From Squalus acanthias (taxonomy: Eukaryota), in contig CM059432.1 in NCBI GenBank assembly GCA_030390025.1, forward strand, positions 15,006,001-15,070,000: a stretch of DNA of 64,000 nucleotides, written 5' to 3'. A program made the position numbers and the translations under genes. The stretch's first letter is position 1. Every line of letters begins with the position of its first letter. Shown in pieces: positions 50,713 to 63,566 of this stretch. The notes beneath the pieces were generated by a model. The model was given only the letters and a program-made list of their open reading frames with translations, searched no databases and was not told the origin of the DNA.

Positions 50713-51582
50713 CTGGAGAGATTCAACGCTGTGTGAAGGAGTTTTGGGTACTGAGCAGCACTTTGCAGGTTCATTTTGATTTGCCCTTCCTTGTATCGAT
50801 TTAGAAGAGACTGTAGGGGCTGCACTCTGAGCTCTTTCCCTGGTACTCTCCATTGTTCTTTCCAGCAGATTTGATGTACAGGTCTCTCCAGGCCGAGATT
50901 CAAGGCTGCAATGAGCAGGATGTGGATGGAAAGCAAGATCAACCCTCCCCTTTAAGAACTGGCCCGTGCCATTGTGTGTGTGTTCCATTGCTGACTGACA
51001 TCACATGTGCTTCGCCAGCGCTCTGAGGTAGCGCCTCGCTCCTCGGCCTTTGCGCCTTAAGACAGGTGTGAAGCGCCTGATTTAGTGCTCCAATCACCTC
51101 CAGGGGCAATAAAAGTCAAGTTTGCAGTCGGAGGCGATAAATAGCGCCAGGCGCTAATCTTTGCGCCCGGCCGATAATTGCGCCCCAAATGGGGCGATAC
51201 TGAATTTCTCCCCCATAAAATCCTGAGGGGTCTGGACAGGGTGGATGTGGAGAGGATGTTTCCTCTTGTGGGAGAATCTAAAACTAGGGGTCACTGTTTA
51301 AAAATAAGGGGTCACCCATTTAAGACAGAGATGAGGAGAAATTTTTTCTCACAGAGGGTCGTGAGTCTTTGGAACTCTCTTCCTTAGAGGGCGGTGGAAG
51401 CAGAGTCTTTGAATATTTTTAAGGCAGAGGTAGATAGATTCTTGATAAGCAAGGGGGTGAAAGGTTATCGGGGGTAGGCGGGAATGTGGAGTAATCAGAT
51501 CAGCCATGATCTTATTGAATGGCGGAGCAGGCTCGAAGGGCCGAGTGGCCTACTCCTGCTCCTAATTCGTATGTTCGTATGT
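50245..51582 (+). mobile_element. CR1 3' fragment split by a Harbinger-type MITE
   Basis: gattgaaacat|ataaaatcctgagggg rejoins DLIETYKILRG across the insert. Confidence 0.88.
50347..51214. mobile_element. PIF/Harbinger-type MITE, 868 bp
   Basis: Ends GGGGGAAAGATTC / GAATTTCTCCCCC, 3-bp TSD ata, internal (GA)n near 50682-50708. Confidence 0.88.
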
Positions 51583-52507
51583 TTGTAAATGTAATGTATA
51601 CAATACAATGAGGAAAAGACACTTCATAAGTTATGGGGCTATGCTGCGGTGTACTTTTGGATTCTAAGAGCAACATGCCAAATGGACACCATTCCAAAAT
51701 GTTACTGTAGGGTTTAGCTCAGACATGCCATAAACAATCACAGCTTGCGTTTTTTGGACAATCACCAAACTAACATTTTATGAGCACTGCTAGACTGTGA
51801 AAGATGATGCCGGCTCCAAGCAGTCCTTCTTCTTTTATGAACTGCATATGTTTGCTAAATTCAGATCACAGTACACAGCACGCAGCAATGCATCAATGTA
51901 AATCTTTTCAATCATAATGCGCAAGGTGATATGAAAGTGTACGGCTCATTTTTCAAGCCATTACAAGGGTGAAATGCAGTCTGCAGAATGGCATAAAATT
52001 AAGAAAATGGGAGTTCATTTGAAAGGGAACAGACGGCTTTAGAAGCTTTGAATCATCTGAACTTCACATTATTGCGATTGCTTGAAGTCTTTATTATGTA
52101 GGGTGACGTCAATGTGGAAACTGTAGCATCATTAATTAGAACCTTATGGATGAATGTTCCAAAGCCACCTACTTTCTCTGCTTTTTAAAAAAAATCTCAT
52201 TCTTAAAATGTTAGTCTTTTGGACACATGTCAGGGCTTCTTATGCATCAGTCACTTCAAGGAGATGATTGTGTTGCCCTAGTTTTGTCCATCTTCCTCTT
52301 CTGAAGATGGGATACAATTCTACAGACACTGCCAGCCCTCTGATAATCCACCCATTCTTCGTGTGTGCACACAGATGGTGGGTATTTATAGGCTCTGGAG
52401 GATATCACCGTCCAAACTGATCCTCTCCCTGCTTGACCCACCCACCACATTGCAGGAGTAGGAGCCCTTTCATTTATTTTCTCTCGTTTCGCCAGGGGTG
52501 CTAAGTT

Positions 52508-53159
52508 GGGCCCAATTTTAACTGTGGGCCAGTTTTCGGCAGGTGAGTTTTGGGGCTGGATTTTACCAGCCCTGAGGAGGTGGGTTTGGAGGCGGGACTG
52601 CTGGCAAAATCAAAAAGAATGGGAGCAGGTCCCGAACCAGCTCCCAACCCGCCTCCAAAGTCGGGTCCCCAATTTGCGCAGGGACCTGACTCCGAGTGGC
52701 AGGATGAGGATTATAGCCACTTAACTGCCTGTTAACAGGCTATTAACAGGCAGTTAAGAGGCTTTTTCCCATTTTGAGATTTCTGCTGCGGGCTTCCCGA
52801 CGTTTTAAAAGCTTTTGGAGTTACTGAGAAACTGATTTCCGTACCCCGATATAGCTAGCAAATGGTTCTGTATATTTTTTTTAAAGTCATTTTCAGTCAT
52901 TTAAAATCGGGTTACTCACAGGTGCTGGATTGACAATGTGATTAAAACATTTTTGTGCTAACCCCATTTTCAGCTGCACCAAGTTACCACTCTTAAATAC
53001 ATCAAGGAACATTTGTTAAAACAAAATTTAAAAAATAAAATGACGTTTTAAAACGCTGCCCGTTTGCGCTGGTTCTCGGCAGATTTTATGCAAATGGAGT
53101 ATGAGCGAAACGAGAGAGAGAAAAAAAACACTTCTCAAAACGGGCGCAATTTTGGGCCG
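52508..53159. mobile_element. Probable MITE or MITE composite
   Basis: Ends gggcccaatttt / aattttgggccg; internal perfect 16-bp inverted repeat at 52720-52758. Confidence 0.5.
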
Positions 53160-55845
53160 ATTGCACCCAAAGCAGACCAACTCTTTTATACTCCAGAACC
53201 CCGTCTACTGAAGCCATTGAGAATTTATGGATCTGGCCGTGGACCTTCCCTACTAGTGGGCTTGAGAGGAAAGGACAAGTTCACACAGGCCGTTCACGTC
53301 ACATCGACGACTTGCACGATGAGTTGAGATGGCAGCTTCCAGCCACTATCTGTATCTGCTGCCGGCAGCGCTGCACCTCTAGCAGCCCAAGTAAAAAAGC
53401 AGCAGCCGCTCGGATTGTGGCTGAGTGACGGTGGAGGCACCTCATTTATATCACAGAATTGCCACCGGTGAGTTGGGGCTGCTTCTGCCAATTTAATGTG
53501 AACGGAGCACTGCAATGTCTTTGTGCTGTCTTGAAATTGAAATGAAATTTTAATGATGCAGAGAGCAGAAGTGAAGGTCAGTGGTGTCATTGCCACCGCA
53601 GTTAACTCCTGTAAAGTGGATAACCTCTTCGCCATTGAAGTGCACTCACTAATCAAGGATTCATGGCAAATTAAAATGGAACGCTCGATGGCGAGATCTC
53701 GACTATTTTAGATCAGCTTCAATTACTTTTCTTTAGCAGGGCTTATAATTTTTTTTTAAAAACCTGCAATCCCCAGCATCCCTCACAAACTCTTCAAATA
53801 CATAAATGATCCGGATTCTGCAGAAAATACTGATCAGGAAAGAATGCTGTTCTCTACTTTCATCAGATACGTCCACTGAGTCACAGAAACTTCAACCAAC
53901 AGATAAGAAAACTGAAAGGTTTCCTTTAACAAATACATCCCTGGAAGGATTATAATGGGCCCGTCATATAGGACAAGGGTTGACATATTTATCAGAGAAT
54001 CACAGAATCATAGAATGATACAGCACAGGAGGCCATTCGGCCCATCGTGCCTGTGCCGGCTCTTTGGTCGAGCTGTCCAATTAACTAGCACTTATTGCTC
54101 GACAGAAAAAGACTGTTCTTTTGAGAAATGTCCTTTTGTTAAATGCTTGGTGCCGGGTGCATTGATCTTACACATGCAACATTTGCATTTGGAAAAGAAT
54201 TATGCTCTAGTTCTGGGGGGAAAACAATTATTACTGATTAAAAGTGAATTGATTTACCTTTCCTCAGAGATGTTAGTGTTGCTCACAGTGCATTGCATGT
54301 AAAGCATTCATTTGCTGAATGAATTCCCCGTTGTATCCTTGAACTTTAGCATATTGAACGAGACGATATTTTCTGAGCAGAGCCTCTTTCCATTAATTAC
54401 ATTAGCAGCCTTTTCTGTGAGGGCGAGATCTGCTGGATCATTTCAGCACTTCTTCCAATTGTTGCAATGGAAAATGTGACAATTGGGTGCAAATTTAGCA
54501 GTGAATATCGATGGGGCCAGCTGTCAGAATGTTAGAAATAGTGTGAGATCTGTACAATACGCAGTGTGTCTGGGACAGGTTTTCAGGTTGATCATTAGCT
54601 GAACAATTCAAGAAAGTAAGCCATCGAGCCATCACACTTCCTTCTGGCCCCTATACCAGGAGGCCAGCACTTCTTTATGTTAAGAGAAAATTAACCTCTG
54701 AATGTGGTCCTGATTCTCTCAGTTCACCAGCTGTAGTGGTATTTTAGAAAGAACAGGTTCACAATGTCGCTACACATAGCAACCCAAGCAATTCTCCCCA
54801 CACCCCCCCAGCAAGTTGGTCAATTCAGTCAAGCCGCCAGGGAACAGCGCCAACGGAAAGACGGGGACTTCTCGTGGGGAGAGCGACTCACCCTGGCCAG
54901 GGCCGCAGACCGGCACTGCCGGAAGCCAGGTCATCTGCCCAACATCTTGGCCATGGTACAGAAAAAAAACTAACGATGGGGGCGGGGTGGGGGGGAAAGA
55001 AACTTCTGAAAATAAAACTAAGGGAGAGAAAACAACCCCTTTCAAACCGGCTGGCTTTCCCGGGATGTTATTTGAAGCTAGAGATTTGCGTCATATATTT
55101 AGCACCTTGAGAGTTCATCTCAGCAGGACTGGAGGTGGGGCTGCTACAACTGGCCTCATCACAAGTCCCTGAGACAGAGGTTTGAACACCATGAAGTAAA
55201 TAATCTTCTTAAATTTCATGGGTAGTTAATGCCTCAAACAAGCAGTAACTAATTCATTGGTAATATTAATTTGGTACCATGAAACCTGAGACCCTGCATA
55301 TATAAGACCTGCAGTTTCGGCCGTTGCGTTGGGAGCGGTGAAAGGTGCTGGCACCGAATCCGACGTAAAAAAAAAAAAAAAATTCAGTGCCAAGTGTTTG
55401 GCACAATAGATAAACTGAGACAAGTATCGTGTGACTTAATCCTCACCTCGAAGCACATGATTTATGGAAGGTTTTGTTTTAGTTACTGACTAACGGCCGA
55501 CTGAACATCTGTTTGCCACGTTACAGTTCCACATGTGAGCAGAGCAGGGCAGAAATTGCCAAGTTTTTAATCAGTTTCATACGATCGGGCCAATGTGTCC
55601 TCAGAGTGATGCAAATGTTAAGTTCAAACGCAGGCCACACAAAGCAATAACACCGAGCAGGCTAATGGTAAAGGGCCTTAGAAATACATCACACATCCTG
55701 CTTCCTTGACACTGCAAAACTGGTGGGAATAACAACCTTCTCCCCGACCAAAAAAAATAAATCTCAATGCCTCTTTTTGTGGGAAAATATTAAGTTTAGC
55801 AATAAAGATTTGAAATGACCAAATGACCAAAGATGCAAAACGGAC

Positions 55846-56281
55846 AGTTACGTGGATAGGCTGGAGAAGCTGGGGTTGTTCTCCTTGGAGCAGAGAAGGT
55901 TGAGAGGGGATTTGATAAAGGTGTTCAAAATTATTAGTGGTCTAGACAGAGAGAAACTGTTCCCATTGGCGGAAGGGTCGAGAACCAGAGGACACAGATT
56001 CAAGGTGATTGGCAGAAGAACCAAAGGCGACATGAGGAAAAACTTTTTTAAGCAGCGAGTGGTTAGGATCTGAAATGCACTGCCTGAAAGGGTGGTGGAG
56101 GCAGATTCAATCATGGCTTTCAAAAGGGAATTGGATAAGTATCTGAAGGAAACAAATTTGCAGGGCTACGGGGAAAGGGGCGGGGGTGTGGGATTAGCTG
56201 AGGTGCTCTTGCAGAGAGCTGGCATGGGCTCGACAGGCCGAATGGCCTCCTTCTGTGCTGTAACCATTCTATGATTCTATG
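55846..56281 (+). mobile_element. CR1 3' fragment
   Basis: DRLEKLGLFSLEQRRLRGDLIKVFK; same subfamily as 28155-28640. Confidence 0.9.
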
Positions 56282-57519
56282 AGAATGGGTGGGTGAGCGA
56301 ATTACAACCCAATCATCCCAAAAAATAAATCGGAATATTATAGATAGAGTAGAAGCATAATTTGTACAAGAAAATACCCTGGTGCACACTGCAAAGAAAT
56401 CTCTGTTGTGGACTCTCTCCTTTCTCTGTAATGATTCCTCAAGTCACAACATTGCAGTCATGGGAGACACCCTGAACGCTAATGGCAACATTTAGGGGTA
56501 TCGTGACATGAAAGAAGCCCAACTAGCAAAAATCAGAGGTGGCGGGATGCAATTTAAACCCATCTGGCAAAACACAGAGGTGGCGTGGCACAACACAAAG
56601 TCAAAAACAGAGGGGTGGCAGGATGTGACACCAATTTGACTGACAATCCACAGAGGTGGCCGTACCGGATATAAATCCAACCAGCAAAGCAGAGAAGTGG
56701 CAACCAGTTTTATGAGCTTCAGATTATACAGAACAATTTACAAAACCTCTGAGTAACATCTAAGTTCACAGCATTTGTGGAATAAACCGAGTAAATTTGC
56801 TGTGTGCAACCAATGATAGCAATGTTTGGAGATCAGAATGCAGCACATTTAGCTGCAGGGTAAACATTCATGCCTTAACTGCAAACTCAGAGAAGCACCC
56901 CCTGTAGCAGCTGTGGGACACAATTTCATATCCATTCCATCCTGGTAGACAAGTTAATGCCATTTGCAGTTAAATGATGGGTAGTTTTATGCCATGGGCC
57001 TGTGCCCACTCGGAGCTGGATTGAAACTCCCAAAACTCATTCAACATACTATATGTAGTTGCTGCAGTTCGGCTCCTATTATCGCGATCCAGTTTGCATG
57101 CCATACTTGCCAACTGTTACAGTGATGCTATGGCTGAACTATATAAGAACATAAGAAATAGGAGCAGGAGTAGGCTATTCGGCCCCCGAGCCTGCTCCGC
57201 CATTCAATAAGATCATGGCTGATCTTCTACCTGGAAACCATAGAGCACAGTGCTTCAGCGGTACTCTCCTGAGTGGTAGCAGGGCCTCTGAGCTGAGAAA
57301 AGTCCCCAGTTAGTGTAGGGCTTGAGTGTACTTTTTCCCCTTGATTTACCTAGAATTTGAGGCCAGTTGGTGTCAAACAAACTCACAATAGCGATGAGCA
57401 TGTTCTTGTAATCAAACTCCTGAACTTTATCTTATCCTCTCCTATGCATCATTCCCTTGGTTCCTCAGCTCTTTGTCTATATCATCTTTTACTGCGCTCT
57501 TCTTCCTAGGGTCTCCCTG

Positions 57520-58128
57520 CCTTACCAACTCTGATTGGACGGATTTCTGGAGGTTTCATCACATGACCAAAGGAGGTTGAGGGATGATGTGATAGATGTG
57601 TACAAGATTATGACGGGTTTGGATAGGCTAGACAGAGAAAGGCTGTTCCCACTAGTTGATGGTACAAGGACTAGGGGATACAGATTTAAGGTTTTGGGTA
57701 AGAGATACAGGGGGGACGTGAGGAAAAACGTTTTTCACGCAGCGAGTGATGAGGACCTGGAATTCGCTGCCGACGGAAGTGGTGGAAGCGGAGACACTCA
57801 ATGTTTTCAAGGGGAGACTGGATAGGCACTTGAGAGAAATAAACTTGCAGGGCTACGGGAATAGAGCGGGGAAATGGGACTGACTGGATTGCTCTACAGA
57901 GAGCTGGCACGGACTCGATGGGCTGAATGGCCTCCTTCTGTGCTGTTATGACTCTATGACCTTCACCAGCCCCGCCCATTAAACAGCCACTTTCCCCATC
58001 TCCAAAAAATGAAACAATTTTTTTTTTAATGCCGCTATGATTTTTCTCACAGGTTCCTCGCAGCAGTGTCCAGGAGATTAATCTTCAATTCCTGGAAACT
58101 CCAAGGCAATCCTGGAGGGTTGGCAAAC
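57520..58128. mobile_element. hAT-type MITE interrupted by a CR1 3' fragment (about 57569-57960)
   Basis: Both halves are collinear with 61155-61432; atgacc is repeated at both CR1 junctions. Confidence 0.75.
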
Positions 58129-58467
58129 AAGGGGAAAAAGTACACTCAAGCCCTTGCCCGGGCCCTTTAAATGTGCTGCAGCGCTGGTGAGTGGCCTGTG
58201 CAGGACCTCGCGATTGGTGCGTGGCCGCATACCCTGGGGGAACATTGTTGGCAACTCTACCCCCACCTCTTTCCCTGCAGCCTTCCTGTTCCTACTGCAA
58301 TCTACGAGCTCTTAAAATTCAAACTTCCCATCACCTCAGTAGTCCTCTGAACTTTCCTCTCTTTTTCCTTCTTAGCTCCCACTAGACTTTCCTCAACATC
58401 CTCATTTCGCTGCAACGTCTCCTGCTCGAACTCAATCTTTTCCTCAAAGCTGTGGATTTTTTTTCAC

Positions 58468-58800
58468 CGTCTTCCGGATGAGACGTTAAACCGAGGCCCC
58501 GTCTGCTCTCTCTCAGGTGGACGTAAAAGATCCCATGGCACTATTTCGAAGAAGAGCAGGGGAGTTATCCCTGGTGTCCTGGCCAATATTTATCCCTCAA
58601 CCAACATTAACAAAAAAACAGATTATCTGGTCACTATTACATCGCTGTTTGTGGGAACTTGCTGTTTGCAAATTGGCTGTCGCGTTTCCCACATTACAAC
58701 AGTGACACCACTTCAAAAGTACTTCATTGGCTGTAAAGCGCTTTGAGAAGTCCGGTGGTCGTGAAAGGCGCTATATAAATGCAAGTTCTTTCTTTCTTTC
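58468..58800 (+). mobile_element. 5'-truncated Deu-domain SINE
   Basis: Matches about 49240-49560. Confidence 0.85.
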
Positions 58801-59897
58801 TCAAGTCTTTCCTCTGTCCTTCAATCTTTTGGCATTGACTCATCTTCTTTTACTCCCTTCAACCTTTGGTGATGTAATGACTGTGGGTCTTTCACTTAAC
58901 TTTCTAAATGAGAAAACGTAGATGCTTTGGGCTATTTTGAATTGGGCAGCGTTAAAAATATCTTCTGGCCTTTATCTGCCACAAGCCTGAATTTCTAGGC
59001 CAGGAACAGCCATGTATCAACGCAGGATTTCTCAATTGTTTGGTGTCTATTTTCCAGTCTGCTGCTTCTTGTTAGTCCAAAATTATAATTGCTTTTATTG
59101 TTACCAGGTGCTGAGGTTTGACACCGCTGTAAATCTAACAAAAATCCATAGCGATTAGCAAAATGTCTGTATTATAATTATCAGCAGGAATGCAGAATCC
59201 CTGATAGGATTGCATTAGCTTCTTCACAGAAAGTGATGCTCGGTAAGAAAGTGGTTTACACAGAACTTACAGCACAGAGGCAGGCCGTTCAGCTCAACTG
59301 GTCTGTGCCGGTGTTTATACTCCACACGAGCCTCCTCCTACTCTGCTTCACCTCACCCTATCAGCACAACCTTCTATTCCTTTCTCCCTTATTTACTTAT
59401 CTAGTTTCCCCTTAAATGCATTTAACTTAAAATAAGAAAAACCTCCAAATCAGTAATAAAACACAAAACATTGAGGCCCATTGGGCATCTATAAAGAGAA
59501 AAAAAAAGCACAACACAGGCTGACACTTTGGGTCTAGACTTTTTGTGCATATCCAGCATTTTCTGTTTTTACTTCAACTTAAAAATACATTTGTTTATTT
59601 TCCTTAAACAATGGAGAGCCGTTTGCATCTGGTGCACTGATTGAATAGGGGCAGGTGCGTCCTGGGAGTCTGCTTTTCCTCCGACGTGTTCTGTTGTTTG
59701 TTGAGGAGGAAGCTTGCCCTGGTAGTGCATTCCAGCAACTGCACAAAGGCCTTGCAGAAGGTCATTAACTGGCGGGTGCTTCCAATGCTGCCCGGGCTTC
59801 CCAGAATTCTCAAGATAACAGGAAATCTCTTGGGAAATGCACTGCTTGTGTTTCCTTTCTGTAACATAATTTTTATTCAGAACAAAAGAATAAAACT

Positions 59898-60305
59898 GTA
59901 AAGCGCTGGTTAGGCTACAACTGGAGTATTGCGTCCAGTTCTGGTCACCACACTTTAGGAAGGATGTGAAGGCCCTTGAGAGGGTGCAGAGAAGATTTAC
60001 CAGAATGGTTCTGGGGATGGGGGATCTTAGCTACAAGGACAGGTTGGAGAAGCTGGATTTGTTTTCATTACAGCAAAGGAGGTTGAGGGGTGATTTGATA
60101 GAGGTGTACAAGATTATGATGGGTTTGGATAGGCTAGACGGGGAAAAGCTGTTCCCAGTAGTTGATGGTACAAGGACTAGGGGATTCAGATTTAAGGTTT
60201 TGGGCAAGAGATACAGGGGGGATGTGAGGAAAAACTTTTTTACGCAGCGAGTGGTGAGGACCGGGAACTCACTGCCGATGGAAGTGGTGAAAGCGGAGAC
60301 ATTCA
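59898..60305 (+). mobile_element. CR1 fragment ending at a Harbinger-type MITE
   Basis: KALERVQRRFTRMV...RGDLIEVYKIM; same subfamily as the CR1 at 57569-57960; 3' tail absent. Confidence 0.88.
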
Positions 60306-61085
60306 GGGGGAAAAACTGGGTATCGCCTATTTTGGGGCGCTAATATCGGCCGGGCGCAAAGTTTAGCTCGGGCGCTAATTAATGGCTCCGACTGCAAAAT
60401 TCGCCTCTATCGCCCCTGGAGGTGATTTGAGTGTTAAATCAGGCGCTACGCACCTCTCTTAAGGCGCAAACGTCAGGGAGCGAGGCGCTACTTCAGAACG
60501 CTACCGGAGCTCAGGCGATGCCAATTACCATGGAAGCCAGACAGACTGGCGCCATCCAGTTCTTAAAGGGGAGGGGCCATCTTGCTGGCCAGTCACTCCC
60601 TGCTCATTGCAGCCTTGAATCTCGGCCTGGAGAGACCTCAAAAGCAATTGTGTTGGAAGCACTAAAGGATAGGCCCAGGGAAAGAGCTCGGCGCTTAGGA
60701 ACCTCAAAAGTGGTGCTGAGGGCCAAAACTCCTTAGGACAGCGTTAAAACCAAAAATTTTGCCAACAAGAAAAGGCAGGAAGCGCCCGCCTTTAAATAGC
60801 GCTCCCCCAGCCCCTTCCCGACTTGAAAACGTTCCTAGCGGCAGGTGCTAAGGCAGGGGGGCGCGACTGAATATCCGGTCCGGGGCGCTACCGGGGCGTT
60901 GCACGCTTGACTGACATCACGATCTGCGGGCGCAGGAGATCGTGGCGGCAGTGTTTAGCGCCACCGCAAAAACGACTGGTCAATTTCGCAAGCGGCGCTA
61001 AAATCGCCACGCTCGGGCGCTAAGTTCCTAGCGCCCCATTAGCCCCCACCCCCGGAGACGCTAACCAAAACTGAATATTTCCCCC
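60306..61085. mobile_element. PIF/Harbinger-type MITE, inverted relative of 50347-51214
   Basis: Ends GGGGGAAAAACTG / GAATATTTCCCCC; body is a reverse-complement homologue of 50347-51214. Confidence 0.85.
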
Positions 61086-61154
61086 TATAACTCTACGGGC
61101 TCCTCGAAGACCTGGAGCTAAGAAGGAACATTTATTGATGTATTGTGTGTTGAT

Positions 61155-61432
61155 TACAGTCGCCAACTCTGGTCGGACATATTTCTGGAGCTATCATCAC
61201 ATGACCGCCCGCCTCCAACTGTCCTGCCCAGTCAAACATCTATATTTCCCATCTCCTCCAATATTTTTATAACTAATAAATGAAAGTGTTGAAAGACATT
61301 TTTTTTTTAAAAGCACACATTTTTTTTTAAACACCCCTCTGGTTTTTCTTGGGTTGCTCGCAGCAGTGTCCAGGGGATTAATCTTTACTTCGTGGAGACG
61401 CCAGGAAGATCCTGGAAGGTTGGCAATCCCTA
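61155..61432. mobile_element. hAT-type MITE
   Basis: Ends tacagtcgccaac / gttggcaatcccta (TAGGGTTGCCAAC type); 8-bp flanks gtgttgat / atattgat match 6/8. Confidence 0.72.
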
Positions 61433-63108
61433 ATATTGATCCACGCAGACCAGCTGAGCTCACCAGGGCAGCAGTAGGGAGTCGACTTCAGCAACCTTAG
61501 GCTGAGGTGAAGAAAACAAAATCAGCCGCAGTTACTGTTCCTGAGCGTCGTGCTAAAAAGTGCACACGCATGAACAGGAGAGGAGGACAGGATTGGGCTT
61601 CACTGAAATACACTAACAATCCTGTCGACATTCATTGTTTCAGCTCACACGTAGAATGGCCGCCTGGATTTGGTATTGGAGAGAGGGTCTGTAAGTGTGA
61701 GGCTATGCCCAAGAATTAGTCAATGATTTCAGGTCCATAAACAGCAGGAATGTCTCAGGGCCAGTCCCTGCAGATGTTAAGTTAGCTGATCTGACCAGGT
61801 CTTTGGTGGAGGCAGTAGAATTTGTCTCAGCATCTCGACCTAATGGGGCAGTGGTTAAAATCAACTGGGACACCCACTCCTGTCCATGTGCTGCAGACAT
61901 CAAGTGAGGATCAGACTGGGCTTCCTAGTGATGCCTTCAGTGGGTCAATAGTATTCCAATAGTTGGCAAGGTACAATTAATAGGTTCCTTCCTAAAGAAA
62001 TTTGAAAATTGGCTGCTAAAGAGCAATATTAACGGCATGGAGGGCGATCAGGAGAATAGAATTAGCCTAGGCAGCTCAAGCGGAGAAATCCAGAGATGGG
62101 CCAAATGGCCTGTTTCTGTGCCATAAGATTCCATGATCAATCTACGTCTCGGCTCCCACATGATGAATGGCCACTTGAATAAGGTACTGGAGACAGTGAA
62201 ACTACTTCAGCAAGGGTCACTGCCTTCCAAAGAGGAGGGGAAAAAAGTTTTAAAAATTGGGGAAAAAAATACACTTTAGAATATTTCCTGTGTGATAATT
62301 CCTTGTTATCACACTGGTGCCATAAGATGGCTCCCACTCCGGTGTGATAACATAGCAATCAGAACTCTGACTCACTCCCCCTCTACTGCTGTAAATTCAC
62401 CATGTTCAGTCACTTTACAGCAACAACTCCACACTTAGAGCCAAGTGAAGCGATAAAGGTGCCATTTCCCCCCCCCTCCCCCGCCATCCCCCTCCCCCCC
62501 ACCACCAACCCAATTCAGCAGGCAAGAGTGAACTTTAAAAGATATTACAAATGTTTTGTGTTTTACAGTTAACTATTCGTGGCAACGCTTTGACTCACTG
62601 GCAAAAACAATATTTGCCAAAATAATAGAGACGGCCCCACACATTTGACACTTAATCGAAACAGTAATTGAAGTGAGATGAACCAATCCAGAGGTGGCTC
62701 CTCTGCCAGACTGATGCAGGACTATATGAAGAACAGTAATAGACCAACATGACCCCGGAGGTGCTGGAAGACTGAGGCACTCTGCTGGGCCGCACTAGGG
62801 CACACAGACCAGGAAAGACCCCGGTTCATTTCAGTCGGTGCTCAGTGCACGGAGGTCAGCAGAAGGTCATGGTAGCAGTGCTAGAATTGACAAAGCCCCC
62901 CTGGGCCAGAGAAGTCGAAAACCAGGCAGGATTTCTGCTCCTGATCATGTGCGTGTGTACACTTACGGTGAGAACAAGATCGGCCTCGCCTCTGATGCTT
63001 CCTACGAGAGAATACTCTGCCAACCAACTGCTTAGGGCTCGCAGATGAAGGCCGGCCACTTGAGTGAGTTATCAGAGGGTGTCTGGCAGCCATGGGATCA
63101 TACCCAGG

Positions 63109-63566
63109 AATAGAAACATAGAAACATAGAAACTAGGAGCAGGAGTAGGCCATTCGGCCCGTCGAGCCTGCTCCACCATTCAATACGATCATGGCTGATC
63201 ATCCAAATCCAGTACCATGTCCCTGCTTTCTCACACAGAATCCCCATCGAGCCTGCACCGACACATATCCCACCCTATCCCCGTAACCCCACGTATTTAA
63301 TTCCCCCTAACATATCCCTTCCTATCCTATCCCCGTAACCCCACATATTTAATCCCCCCTAACACTAAGGGTCAATTTATCATAGCCAAATCAACCTAAC
63401 CTGCACATTTTTGGACTGTGGGAGGAAACCGGAGCACCCGGAGGAAACCCACGCAGACACGGGGAGAATGTGCAAACTCCACACAGACAGTCACCCGAGA
63501 CCAGATTCGAACCCGGGTCCCTGGCACTGTGAGGCACCAGTGCTAACCACTATGCCACCGTGTTGC
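63109..63566 (-). mobile_element. Full-length HE1-like V-SINE
   Basis: Minus strand GCAACACGG-TGGCATAGTGG (A-box) ... GGTTCGAATC (B-box), V-domain, CR1 tail (tttctatg)n. Confidence 0.9.

Noticed and set aside
55312..55382. Short CpG-rich stretch followed by poly(A), a possible small-RNA retrocopy
   Set aside because: No target duplication and no recognisable parent RNA; the partial ggcaccga likeness to a tracrRNA hairpin is too short to mean anything.
56527..56705. CRISPR-like repeat-spacer array
   Set aside because: Repeat core is only about 10 bp and degenerate, there are no cas genes, and the context is a vertebrate intron. Kept only as a phased motif array.
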